Shown here piece after piece: positions 24,935 through 39,630 of a DNA stretch of 64,000 nucleotides (position 1 is its first letter; the number at the start of each line of letters is the position of its first letter). A program made the position numbers and the translations under genes. This stretch comes from Octopus sinensis (taxonomy: Eukaryota), in NCBI RefSeq assembly GCF_006345805.1, contig NC_042997.1, positions 139,252,001 to 139,316,000 on the forward strand. Direction: 5' to 3'. Under the pieces are notes generated by a model. That model was not told where the DNA came from. It saw nothing but the letters and a program-made list of their open reading frames with translations, and did not search any database.

Positions 24935-27900
24935 AATTTCTTTATTGCCCACAGGAGGCCAAACACAGAAATGGACAAATCAATTGATTGGGATCAAAAA
25001 TACGTTATGATTTTACATAAAATATGAATATAAAAATTATATAAAATATTTAAGAAATCGAATGAATTAACAATACAGAGACAACACAAATGTAGCCACG
25101 CTCCGAACCCACAAACCCCGATCTATCACTGGTTCTTCTTTTATAGCCTATTCACACGATTCCTCGCACGCACAACACACATGCACCATGCTTCCATCTC
25201 TTTTTGAACATACTCAACGACAGACACCTCTTCTCCAGCCACACCTTTCTTTTCAAATGAAAAGTAAAAAATGATCGTAAATCGTGGCCGGAGATAAAGT
25301 TGCCCTGTCTTAATCCCTTTTATCCTAGTCTTCCATACTGCCTCTTTCGCTATTGCTACAACCGTAAGAAAACAATTCTTACATTCGTTTGTTAAAACTT
25401 CCTGTGGGTCGATTTTTATAATTGACTCAGTCGACAGCCGTACTCTTCCTTCGCCGCACAACAGGTGTTCAGCAGAAACCCACATTTCAGATATCTCCGG
25501 ACACTGGATAATAGCGCGAGGGACGGTTTCCCTGTCTCCCCCGCATCTTGGACAGGTCGGAGACTGACGCTTACCATGTCTTGCGAGCTTATTCTAAACG
25601 GGCAAGGCACCTCTGTAACATTGCCAGGTCAAGGACATTTGGAAGTTGTCCAACGTTCTCAACCCGAATGTACGATGGAACAGGCTGTCCAGTTGAATAT
25701 ACCCGAGACCTAGAGTCGCCCCTAGGTCATCGTCACATTCCCAACCCACTATATAAAATACGAACCCACTATATAAAATTCGTGTAGAACCCCCGCTGCT
25801 GGCGTTGCCCGAGCGCCGGAATAGCAGGAGGGCCTTTATGCCATTCACTTGACCTCGGTTTACGAAAACACCAGGCTTCCTGTTCGCAAAAATTTTGAAC
25901 TCGGAGAACATTTGTCTGGCCAGTGGAGACCACACCCGTTCACCATCCAGGAGAATCCAGAGATGCGTCAACCTCAACGCATGTCTGCACATCATTAACC
26001 AAGGCATCCCCAAACCTCCTTTAACGGCTTTTGACAACAAACAGGACGTTTCACAAGTGGCGACCTGCACTTCCACAAAAAGCGAAATAGCTGTCTCTCC
26101 AACCTGATCAACCACGAATCCGGGCAGGGCACGACGGTCAGGCGGTAGGTAATGACCGATGCGATAAACACATTGGCCACTTCCGCCCTCCCTTTCAGGG
26201 ATAGCCACCGCCAAGACCAGGTCTTGACTAATGCAACCACCCTGCTCGAAACCTCCGTCTTCTCTATCTGGAGTTCTTCTCTATCTGGAGGCCTGGTCCA
26301 AACCAGACTCCCAGCAAGTTAACCAATCCCTCTGTCCAGCGCCCAACGACGCTATCTGAAGGCTTCGACTTGCCAACCCTGGTGCCGAGCTGCAAGGCGA
26401 CCGACTTTTCCTGGTTAATCTTTGCTCCTTCCACCGTCTTGTAAACCTCGATAGCCTTACCCACTTCATGTAGGCGTCCTACTGTGGCTACGCTGATAGT
26501 GATATCTTCCGCGTAATCTGTAATAAACTCCTCTAAACCTGGTTCTCTCGAGATGCCACTCAGCCTTCGTAGTAGGGGCTCAAGAGCCACCACATACAAA
26601 AGTAGTGAGAGCGGACATCCTTGACGAACGGAGCGCCTGATGCAGAACGGCTTCGAAAAGAAACCGTTCACCCGAACTATCGAGTCAATGTTGTGATACA
26701 CAGCGATAAACCACCAGAAGAAGCCAAGGCCTAGGCCGAACCGTGCAAGCACAGGTGGAGATTATCCTGAATAGTTCTACCTGGGATGGCACGTATCTGT
26801 GCCTCCCCGACTATACCATTCGCGACACGCGCCAACTTTTTGCTAAGACCTTGGCCAAAATCTTCACTTCTGCGTTTAATAGATTGATGGGCCTGAAGTT
26901 ACCTAAAACGCCCCCCTTGACCGGGTCCTTTCTGACCAACATCACTAACCCCCGGTACACAGATCTGTTGCCAGTTCGCGTACACGTCAGCCAGTAGGTG
27001 CCCGAACAAGTCTGGCATACATTTATAGAGCTCGTACAGAAGACCATCAAGTCCCGGCGACTTACCCGCTTTACAGTCGGCCATAGCCTCCATCACCTCC
27101 ACGGACGTCATTGGTCCTTCGTAAGACTTCGCATCCGATCCCGAGAGGCACGGCAGCTCGGCAAGAAAGTCCTCGAAGACTCCCCCACCATCAGGACCGC
27201 CATCATCCCCGAACAGCTGGGCGAAGTACTCCCGAAAGGCCTCACACATTTCCTCGGGTCCGTTTACCAAGACTCCATCTTGATTCGTCAAAGACCAAAT
27301 AGTGGAACTATTTCCTTGTCGAGCTTCCTCCACTCGGGCCCATCCAGTGGCCTTCATTCCTTCACTTCCCATCGCACGTAACTTAGCTCTGGCAATTCTT
27401 CCCATGTGTTGGGCTTCAAGATGCTGGTTCAACTCCAGTCTCTTCACCTTCACTTGGTCTGCATTACCAGTCCTCCAGGCTTCTACTAGTTTCTTAACTA
27501 GACCATCTCTTATTTTACGTCCCTTCTTCGCTAAACTTATGCTAAACCTAATAGACTGTTATTTTATGGCTCTTTTTAGGGCGTACCACCATTTGTTATT
27601 AATGATGGTACCTGTCAATGCCCTTTGTATTAAAATCTCGATCAGCTTTCTATGTTACTCAATCGCCAAAAGGGACGTATTGAGTTTCCAGTAGCCAGAT
27701 CCCTGTCTATGCAACTTATCTACTGTCAGCTTATAGGTAACCATCTTGTGATCACTGTAGCTGACAAGATAAAACTGTGGACACTTAGCTATGGACTTAT
27801 CTGTTTTTTCAAATTAAAACCCTATCTAGATATCTTCTGGAAGACCCGTCACTATTTGACCACGTCCACTGTGGAGTGTTCGGTTGTTCCAAATTATATA

Positions 27901-28375
27901 GATCTGCCAGCTGAAAGTGACTTAGCAGATCTTTTCTATTCATGTTCGAGCCAACACAATCTGTGTGTGCGTCACAGATTGTGATAAATGTCTCCTATCA
28001 GTACTAGCGAATGCGACGTGGCCAGGAACTTGCACAGGTCACGAAAATACTCACTTTGCGGGCTCATAACGTTGGGTGCATAAATTGAAACCAGTTTGAT
28101 TATCTTGCCACAACTGAATGTCAGGACGAGAACGACCAACCTGCCCTCTGGATCAGAAAAAAAACAACTTTTTCTCGGCTACCCGGTTTCTTTTTAGTAG
28201 GATAAACACCTCACCCAACCTCCCGCCCGTCTCGGAGAAACGAATTTCTCATAGCCGTTCAGAAGGGGAAGCAGATCTCTTGGCCCCTTCACCCGGGTTT
28301 CCGTTGCAACAATCACATCCAATTTTCTTGACCTGCTGTCATTTAGGAAGCACCCTTGCTTCCAGCTAGACATTA
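24935..28375 (-). mobile_element. 5'-truncated, decayed L1/Tx1-like LINE (ORF2 plus about 205-bp 3' UTR)
   Basis: Peptides WKQGCFLND..LDVIVATET, SPGLDGL, NFRPINLLNAEVKILAKVL, RQGCPLS, YAED, LSLKGRAEV and GGLGMPWLMM are homologous to the 14557 ORF2. Many stops and frameshifts. Confidence 0.88.
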
Positions 28376-28547
28376 AAAAATGCAAAAGTATCGCCTTATA
28401 CCTTTAGTTTTCTTATTCTACTATCTTAGCGCCGCTTGCCATTTTCTGTACTTATTACCCCATTTCATATTCCTCAAAACCCTCACTAATTCTGAATTGT
28501 AGCTTTAACATTTGCCTATATTTTGTAATTTTTTCGTTACAAGACTC

Positions 28548-28563
28548 AGGTTAAGAACCACTG
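28548..28563 (+). mobile_element. Orphan hAT/Charlie 3' TIR
   Basis: aggttaagaaccactg followed by gtaTAaag. Confidence 0.5.
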
Positions 28564-29264
28564 GTATAAAGCTTAGATATTATTATCGTTTAAAAACAAA
28601 CATTTCTTTTTCAGTTAATAGATCATGAACAAGTTTGATCCACAGTTTTCATATATATGAAATAATGCGATTCTTAAAAATCAAGAGACATGCTGAAACA
28701 TTATCAAATCATTATAGTAACAAATTAAGAAATATTGATTTAAAAAATTGAAAACTACTTTTAAAATATTAGTAGGATGAAAAGTATGATATATTTAAAG
28801 ATAAGAAATAAAACAAAAAGTATGTAATAACTTCTACTATCGCTCAATTTAATAAAGTCTCAAAAAGATTAAACTCAGACTGGAAAAATAAAAAAAATTA
28901 ACAATAAAACAAAAATTTTTAATATTAAATGTTTATGTTAAGAATATAGTAAATTTCTTTGTAAGAAAAAATATTATAATATACAGCCAATTGTTAAACT
29001 AAAATTAAGATTTAAAACTAGAAACTATGCAAAATCTTTTCTTGTTTAAAGAAACTTTTTTTTTAATATTTTCGTACAAATAAATACGATGTTTTATTGT
29101 ACAAATTTTTCGTATAACTTTCCTTTTAATTTAACTTATATTCGAATTTTTTTGTTCTAATTTGTTTTCAGAACTTTTTACTCCAAGCCTTCTAACTTAG
29201 GCTAGCGTACTAGATTGGGCCTTGACATTACCTTACACGTGCCTTATCTTTTGTTCACATATTT

Positions 29265-30825
29265 GTGTTGTTCACTGCACATCAAATAATTCGCAATGAG
29301 TGCAAAGAAACGGAAGTATCTCAAGATTCTCTTGTTTTTGCCATTCAGTATGACGAAACGACTGACGTCGATCTGTGTTCTCAGCTACTGGTATATGCTC
29401 GTTTTGTGTTAGGTAACTGTGTAAAAGAGAAAATGTTCTGTCACCCTATGGATAGTTGTACAACAGCATCAGCTATTTTTTGTGATGCATCCAACTTCTT
29501 TCAGGAAAACCAACTTTCGTGGGATTCGCTGGTAGGGGTGTGCACTAATGGAACTCCAGCTATGCCTGCTCTGCAGCCTGGATTCATTACTAGGGTGAAA
29601 GAAAAATATCCACCTGTTGTAGGTACACACTGCATATTTCATCGTGAAGCCTTGGCATCCAGAACCTTATATACTGAAATAATAAATGTCCTGGACGTGG
29701 CTATCAAAGTTGTCGACTTTGTTAAAGTTGGGGCCTGAAACAGTCGTCTTTTTAAGAATGTTGTGTAAAGATATGGAATCTGAACATGAAACATTGCTTT
29801 TTCACACGATGACTATCAAAGAGGAACACACTTGGACGGCTTTATGAACTACGAGAAGTAGCAATATTTCTAGATTTGCGGAAGAAGTCAGATCTCCATA
29901 ACAGGTTCTAGCCTGAAAGCTTTCAGCTTTCTCTAGCTTACCTGGTGGACATCTTCAATGCATTGAAAGCTCTCTACCTTAAACTACAAGGGAAAAACAT
30001 TAACATTCTCACGCCCCACACCATTCGAAATTTCATAGTCAAACTCGACCTCTGGAAATGTCGAATTCGGCAGGGAAATACAGCCAGTTTTAGTTATTTG
30101 GATTATACTCTCATACACGCTAACCTTGATTCTGCGTTAAAGAAACAAATAATCACTCATCGAATTGACTTGGAAACAGAATTCGTTAGATACTTCCCAG
30201 ATATATATGAAAAGCGTGTGATGTGATTGATGTTTTGGATGAAGTGCAAGAGGAATTTCTTGAGCTGAAGTTCAGCTCCCCAGCTAAGGAAAACTTCAAA
30301 GAACTGGATCTTGAAACGTTCTGGATCAAGTACCTTCCTATTTACCCTCGGATCTCACATCAGGCTCTTCGGATTTTAGTTATGTTTGTATCCAGGTATC
30401 TTTGCGAAGCTGCATTTTTCACGCTCGTTGCTGTCAAGGCCAATTACAGAAACGGGTTGAACGTTGAAAGATACTTACGTTGTGCACTCTCTGACATTCA
30501 ACCACTCATTCAAGATCTTGTAGCTAAGACGCAATGTCAGTTATTTCATTAATAATGTGATTAATTCATATTCAATAAATAAAAACCTTTTTTCTTTTGC
30601 TAAGAAGCAGTGTCAAGTATCTCACTTTTTGTATAATGTGATTATATATAAAATTATATATATTTTGTATAATGTGACTAATTCATATTCAATAAAAAGA
30701 CTAAAAACATACTTTAGATTTTATTTAAAATCTGGGAGGGAATTTTATTCGTAAATGCAAGGAGGCGTGGAGAGAAGAACAAATTCCTAAGTGAGGCATG
30801 GTACTAAAAAGGTTAAGAACCACTG
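29265..30825 (+). mobile_element. Decayed hAT (Buster/Charlie, ZBED8/SCAND3-like) transposase with 3' TIR
   Basis: FAIQYDETTDV, GVCTNGTPAM, THCIFHREALAS, YLCEAAF and LRCALSDIQPLIQDLV. TIR aggttaagaaccactg at 30810-30825 followed by ttcTAggg. Confidence 0.85.
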
Positions 30826-31300
30826 TTCTAGGGAATATAGTCTAAACGTTTTCAGTCTCTCCAGGTAGCTGACATGTCCCTTTTGTTTAACTGTAAATCT
30901 ACCTCTGAATATAAACCTGAAATGAGACCACATCGTTTCTGATTTGATCGCTCCAACATCTCGGTTGTAGCGTTGGGTTGAGTATAGTTGGTCTTGAGGG
31001 AGTAACGCTTTCAGCAGTCGACGTCTTGAAGTCACAGGTATCCATCTAAATTACTAAGTTCATCAGTGAACGGTGTGGAACAATAATAGTAACGAACGCG
31101 TATCTAAAACATTGATGGTAAAAATTCGTACGATTCTGACCTTCCTGACAATAATATACGAGACTGCATACTCCATACAGCCGTAAGAATTATAATTTCA
31201 AAATTATCGTAGAGCAAGATTATAGCTATCTATCTATCTAGCTAGCTAGCTAGCTATCAATCTATCTATCTGTCTGTCTATCTATCTATCTATCTATCTA

Positions 31301-31331
<31 letters not shown>

Positions 31332-31382
31332 GTATGTCTGTATAAATATATATATACATTTATACATATACACATGCATACA

Positions 31383-31414
<32 letters not shown>

Positions 31415-31670
31415 CATACATACATACATACATACATATTTACATAAACACTCAAAATATAAGATTGTCTGGGAAAAGTTTAGATAAATATAACCAAAGA
31501 ACAGTACATGCCACACATCACAGATAACAATGTCATAACATATTTGTGAAATATATATAAATTTTGCAAGATGGCTGACAATGAGTCTTCAACGTGATGA
31601 GTGTATCCACACACTTTATGCATAAACATAAGAAAATAACGTCTGAAGAAAATAGATATGATATTTTTTT

Positions 31671-31850
31671 TAAATGTTACGAATTCAACAAGTTTAAATA
31701 TGGATCGAAACCGAAATCATAATCGAAATCTTTAACATAAAGTAGTAATGTTGCGCTTTCAACATTTCTAACTGTACGATGAAATCTAAATGATATTCTA
31801 AGCCTTCAACATAATTAAACAATATTGCAAAGATCTGTAAATTTATACAT
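31671..31850. repeat. About 180-bp direct repeat, copy 1 (copy 2 at 32593-32780)
   Basis: First 70 bp identical, remainder visibly diverged. Confidence 0.85.
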
Positions 31851-31907
31851 CAAAAGAGAGATTAGAGTGTTTATAAGACGTGCATTTCCCACGGGTTTTA
31901 AAAAGTA

Positions 31908-32575
31908 CGTGGCCTGATCAATAAGTATCCGGACTGGTGCTATAAAAACAAGTCTACAACACGTACCAATTTGGCACTTAATTTCTTCAAAGTAGCCCCC
32001 TTCCGAAGCCACACACTTAATCCAACGCTGTTTACATTGATGGAAGCATTCCTGGAACTCGTTTTCTGGGAAAATCAACAGTACCTCGTTGCATTCACTT
32101 TGCTTTCCTCGACGTCCTGAAATCTTCCGTTCAAGCGGGATTTGATTTTTGGAAAGAGGAAAAAGTCGCAAGTGGCAAGATCTGGAAAATGTAGTGGCTG
32201 TCCGACCTGGGGAATGCTGTGCCTAGCCAAAAACTGATTTGTCATGGTGCTATTGCCACTCACTGGACATATGCAATTGTGGTCTTTTCCGACGAATAGC
32301 ATCCCGCAAACGCCGCAAAAAGGCACAGAAGTACTCCTTGTTTGCTGTCTGATCAGGTGGAGCATACTCATGATGAACAATCCTCTTGTAGTCGAAGAAA
32401 ACGGTCAATAGTGTCTTCATACTGCTTCAACTCATTCGTCCTTTCTTCAGTTTCGAAGAGATTGGGGTCTTCCACTGCGAAGGCTGAGCGTTTGTTTCGG
32501 GGTCATAGCCATAGACCATGATTCATCACCCGTTATGACCGTTTTCAAAAAGTTTTCATCTGGCGTTTCCCACGG
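31908..32575 (-). mobile_element. Mariner transposase C-terminal fragment with TIR
   Basis: ESWVYGYDPET, FPDLATCDFFLFPKIK and QRWIKCVASEGGYFE. TIR TA-cgtggcctgatcaataagtatccggact. Confidence 0.85.
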
Positions 32576-33401
32576 CTAACACAAACATTTTCTAAATGTT
32601 ACGAATTCAACAAGTTTAAATATGGATCGAAACCGAAATCATAATCGAAATCTTTAACATAAAATAACAAGTAGGAATGCTACGTTTTCAACAATTCTAA
32701 CTGTAAATCTAAATGATACTTTAAGTCTTCAATATAATGAAACAATATCATAAGGATCTGTAAATTTATACATCAAAAGGGACACTTCAAAACTTGGGCG
32801 AAAGCTGTTGTACTTGTTTCGGCTTTAGCAGAGACTCCATACACGTCTCTGAGCTTAGGTGCTTGTTTATGGATGGCATTCTTTGTTTTTATCAGACTCT
32901 ATAATGCAAGCTGTATTAACGAAAATATCTCCAACTCTCTTTCTTCCCATACTCTTCTAAATGTGCACTAACGAACGTCTGTCAGAGTGTAACTCACTTT
33001 GGGGTCACGCTCGTATACTAGAATCAGTATTATTGCTATGCACAGAAAGCTGCATCCAAAAGCATGACGTTTAGCCGGGAAGATTGTTACGTATTCACTC
33101 ATCAACGTGCTACATTATCTGGCTCACACATGCGTCGCCATTTATATCCGTATTTTTTGCCGCTGGTAAAACAATTGAATTAACAATCTGACTATCTTCA
33201 AAACCCATCCAATACACCGACATCTCCACTTCTCTCTCTACATTCATTTACCAGCATAACGCACTCACTAAACATATTTTTTAATAAATTTCCACAAAAT
33301 TATACGAATACTCTCTTCGGCACAAGCAATGTTCATGTAGCTCTTGACATCAACGAAACCACCATACATATCTCTTCGATGAGGCAGTTGTCTATGTGTG
33401 C

Positions 33402-33462
<61 letters not shown>

Positions 33463-33693
33463 TGTCTGTCTGTCTGTGTGTCTGCCTGTGTCGGTGTCTG
33501 TGTAAAATAACAAACGGGGTTTTTAAATTATGACAGCTGTTTCGGGAGAATTTTGTTGATGTATTCATAGATTACTTCATAACTTATAACCCTCCATCTT
33601 CGGGTAGAATTTTAAACAGATATAAACAGGTGAGATAATTCCCGATGATGAGGAATCCAACCAAGGTTGGATAAACGGTATTTTAAGAAATAA

Positions 33694-33914
33694 GGCGGCG
33701 AGCTGGCAGAAACGTTAGCACGCCGGACGAAATGCGTAACCGTATTTCGTCTGCCATTACGTTCTGAGTTCAAATTCCGCCGAGGTCGTCTTTGCCTTTC
33801 AACCTTTCGGGGTGGATAAATTAAGTACCAGTTACGCACTGGGGTCGATGTAATCGACTTAATCTCCTTGTCTGTCCTCTCTGTGTTTAGCCTCTTGTGG
33901 GTAGTAAAGAAATA
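33694..33914 (+). mobile_element. SINE family B with Tx1-type tail and perfect 17-bp TSD
   Basis: TSD ggtattttaagaaataa at 33677-33693 and 33915-33931. Tail tgtcctctctgtgtttagcctcttgtgggtagtaaagaaata. Confidence 0.88.
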
Positions 33915-34386
33915 GGTATTTTAAGAAATAACATTCGCACTTTTAGAGAAATTAAGAATGGCTATAACAGGGATGCGAGAAGCGATGAGATCAAACGAGT
34001 CTATTATTAAAAAAATATTATCTTAATTAGTTTATATCCAAACGCACTTTTACAGAAATTAAGAGTAGTTTTAAAGGGATGCAACTCTATTATTTAAACG
34101 ACTCTATCATTTAAAAAAAAGTTATCTTAATTAGTTTATAGACAAAACCTGCTACGATGACATATAAGATACACAAACATGCTGTAGCCAAGAGACGTTT
34201 TCAGGTCATTAAAGCCATGAGAATATCTGGTCAGTTAATGGCAGCAGAAAGTCAGAAAAGTGTCATCGCCTTTACTTGTACGTACAAACACATGCAGACA
34301 TACAAACATACACACTCATACACACGCATATATATGTAAACACAGAGTCACACACACATACATATTCATACACATAGATGTGTGTG

Positions 34387-35030
<644 letters not shown>

Positions 35031-35409
35031 TCTTTCATCTCACTACTTAAGCTTTGAGTTTTATTTATCCCCTCCTCAAAAGATGAGCATTTAGCTCCCC
35101 TGTCCCCAGTAAAGACGATAACTAATTACTTCCCCTTGGATTTCCCTTCTTGAATCCATCATTCACAAACTTCACACACAACATGGACTAAAATCTTATT
35201 ATGAAAATATGAAATTACAATAATTGCAATGTCATGATTAGCGAAAGAGAAACCGGTAGACAAACACAATATAAAATATATCAAAAAATATGTTGAAACT
35301 ATGTAAAGTGTGTGCATTTTCCTTCTTTTATTTTATATATATATATATATATTTCGCATTACAACTCACCACACAGGGATAATCGAAATTCCCCCCTTTT
35401 GATTATACA

Positions 35410-35486
<77 letters not shown>

Positions 35487-35576
35487 AATAATGAAGGGTG
35501 AAATTAATTAATTTGGAAAAATTATCAATTACACCAAGTAGTCTTCGGCATGTAAAAGCCTCATTCGAGGAAAATT

Positions 35577-36147
<571 letters not shown>

Positions 36148-36532
36148 TATATATATATATATATATGCTATTGTCTGAAAACTACTTAACATATCAACAT
36201 TAAAATAACACGTGTTGTACTCGTGCAAGTAAACGAAACAGATTTATGAAACGGTTCAATTACATATCAATTGATTTCAAAATTAAAAGGCAATCCCTTT
36301 TTCTATCATCAGTGTAATACAACCAGGTCAATGCACATAACCACGAACAAAATACCTACCTGTGAAACAGAAGTAGCTCCGCACCGTAAATACGATGTTC
36401 GTACTTATATACAGAATAAAAGTTCAAAAATCTGGTATCTTTTATTTCGACCACATGTTAATAAGGAATGAATAATTCTAGTTTGAGTGAAATGATATAT
36501 TAAAAATATTTATTTTTTGATAAAAGATGTAG

Positions 36533-36623
<91 letters not shown>

Positions 36624-36624
36624 G

Positions 36625-37205
36625 TGGATAAGATCGATATTTAAATAACGATCTTATGAGGTGGCCAGCATGGGAATAAAAACCTTTCAAAGGTAATAAT
36701 TATTTAAAATTATAATTTAGGGTATCTGAGAGATACCAGCACGCTGAAAATAGCAGTCAAAACTTGACTCTAAAACCACATTAAATGTTCATACAGCACC
36801 AGGAGAGAAGACAAAGAGACATAATAAACTAGCAAAAAAATTACTGGATAATTCCAGATCCCGGATTTCTGACTCTGCATAAGAGATGCTCTGCCTTCAT
36901 ACACTCAGATAACACATAAATACAAATATATATATATACAACATACGATATACTTACATATACGAAAGTATATACATACATATATATGCAGGTATGTACA
37001 TGACCAGTTTAAATTGCCCGCCTTAAAGCTTCTGGTGCGATATGATCAGAATAAACACCGCAGTGAATATAATGACGAAATAAATATATAAATTTATATA
37101 AATAAGGATAAGATCGATATTTAAATGCCGATCTTATCAGGTGGCCAGCATAGGAACAAAAATCTTTCAAAGGTAATAATTATTTAAAATTATAATTTAG
37201 GGTAT
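36625..37205. repeat. About 100-bp direct repeats (36625-36724 and 37105-37204), each starting with a hairpin
   Basis: ggataagatcgatatttaaat..cgatcttat...ggtaataattatttaaaattataatttagggtat occurs twice. Confidence 0.8.
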
Positions 37206-37303
37206 ATATATGTATACATACATGCACATACACACATGTATACATACGCATATACGTGCATGCACACACATATACATACACGCATATACACATATATATA
37301 TAT

Positions 37304-37366
<63 letters not shown>

Positions 37367-37706
37367 CATATATATACATGTATATACATATATATACATA
37401 CATATATACGCATGCATAACTTATACAATCCTCCACACACATATATACGTGTGTGCTCACGCACAGCCCTTCATTTATATATTTATATAAAATATAGGAT
37501 ATAAACCACGTATTACTATATAAAGATAGATAAGAAAGATGTAGAAGTAAGAGTAAACAAATAAGAGGTCATACACAGGATTATCAAATATTTCATTATA
37601 GGTTAGAAACAAATACAAGAAGAGTGCGTAAGCAGGAGGCCGATGACATAATGTGATATCACTCAAACCGTAGAGTGTTTGGAAATCATAAACCGAATTA
37701 TCATAC

Positions 37707-38221
37707 ACTAGCAGTATCGCCCGGCGTTGCTCGGGTTTGTAAGGGAAATAACTATATAAGCATTTTTAGAGAGTTACTTCCCTTATAGATGCCAATTCGG
37801 GCTTTCTTAGCCATTTCTGCTTTGGTGTCTTCAAGCCATGAAGTCGTTGTTCTAAAAGAACGCTGGTCTCCTTGACAACGCTTTACGACGTTGATTTCCT
37901 TACACTCCCTTCCCCACAGCTTCACGAGGGAGGGAAGAAGGGGGAGAAGCAAATAGGTGCAGGTGTGACCATGGACGCCAACTCCGCCGCCATCGACACA
38001 CGAAAAATTATGCATTAAAATGGAATAAAAAATGATGTTAAATTATTTTTAAAATCGTAGACTCATCGTTGACGCGCGCTAATAGCCAGACGGGTTCGAT
38101 ATGAATCACGACTATAAGATACCCAAATTTGGTTAAACTGCACCGCAAAATGTGGGAGTAGTTAGGAATCTAAATCGAAGGGGACAGATACTCACACAAC
38201 TACAGTTTTATATATAGAGAT
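37707..38221 (+). mobile_element. Helentron/HINE-like MITE
   Basis: 5' actagcagtatcgcccggcgttgctcggg and 3' cacacaactacagttttatatatagagat. The 5' end is shared with 54905. Confidence 0.6.
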
Positions 38222-38499
38222 TTCGCTATTTATTGAGAACTGAGGTTGCAAATGCGTAAGCAGTAGGCCGATCGGCGATGACGTAATACAACATATCACT
38301 CAAGCAATATCTAAAGGTTCAAATCTTTAAATATTCATTTACCTCTCACTGAACCCTATGAAAATGTACCTAGTCATTCCTGGCGTCCTACTTGTTACTG
38401 TGCCTAGATTGTACTGAATACTATAACTATACATACATACACGCATACATGTGCGTGTATGTGTGTGTGTGTGTATTTACTAGCAATACCCGTGGAAAT

Positions 38500-38900
38500 T
38501 CTATGGCCCTTCACTTGGTACAATGCTCAGCCATAGACAGCTCCATAATCGATAATAATATCTAATCACTTCCTTTTCAATTTTTTGATTACGTTCTGGG
38601 AAATCTTGTTCATTTTGTATGGTAATGCTTTCTCTTCTAACATGATTTCTAATTCTGGCTCGTGCAACATATTCTTCCTTGTCATAACCACTAATGTTTT
38701 GTCTTCTTCCTTGATTAACAATTCGCATTCTGTTTCCCTGTTAGACTCAACTTCGTCGTTCGTCAGACAACGCTTCCAACTCCGTTTCTTGCTTTAATTT
38801 CATTTCTTTCTTGATTCTTTACTGTCTATTCCTAATTCTAATATCTTCTTTTTAGTCTTTCCCTGTTTTCAATTGTTACATCTTCTTTGTTTTTCCCCAG
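38500..38900 (-). pseudogene. Possible decayed Penelope RT N-terminal region
   Basis: Frameshifted DK.LVVM/DKEEYVARA resembles the PLE ADKG..VVM...Y motif. Weak. Confidence 0.35.
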
Positions 38901-38936
38901 ACTTTTCTTGCTTTTTCTCTGCCTCTCAGCGATTCA

Positions 38937-39222
38937 TTTTCATTAAACATTTTCATCAAACATTTTCATCAGACATTTTCATCAAACATTTTCTTCAGAC
39001 ATTTTCATCAAACATTTTCTTCGGACATTTTTCATCAGACATTTTCATCAGACATTTTCATCAAACATTTTCATCAAACATTTTCATGTGACATTTTCAT
39101 CAAACATTTTAATCAAACATTTTCATCAAAAATTTTCATGTGACATTTTCATCAAACATTTTCATCAAATGTCTGATGAAAATGTTTGATAAACATGTTC
39201 ATCAAACATTTTCATCAGATAT
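38937..39222. repeat. 13-bp minisatellite (acattttcatcaa/g)n with internal inversion
   Basis: Direct reading. Bounded by a 25-bp direct repeat at 38912-38936 and 39223-39247. Confidence 0.9.
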
Positions 39223-39598
39223 TTTTTCTCTGCCTCTCAGCGATTCAATTCACGCTATTGTGCCCTATGATCATCGTCCTCTGTACACGTATCAAACTAT
39301 GTTTTGGTAGTAAAATAATTTAAGAAGCACTTAATACCAATGGTGTGCGCACATATGTACAAACATACCACAGAAACACTTTCGCACACATACATACACA
39401 TATAGCTAACTGTCGTCAATGTGTGTACAGTTGTGTGTATGTGCGTCAACAGCGTTAGTATATATGTATGTACGTACCAGTAGTGTTCGTATGAATCTCT
39501 CTCTCCCCCTATCTCTCTTTCTCTCTCTCTCTCTCTCTCTGTCAATCTATCTATCTATTTATCTATCTATCCTGCCCTCTCTCTGTCTCTCTTTCTCA

Positions 39599-39630
<32 letters not shown>

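Noticed and set aside
33694-33790. tRNA genes
   Set aside because: The A/B-box-like segments are SINE heads, with no cloverleaf or anticodon arm supported.
38937-39222. CTGATGA in the 13-mer as a hammerhead core or C box
   Set aside because: No stem II/GAAA partner or D-box architecture. It is a by-product of the repeat unit.
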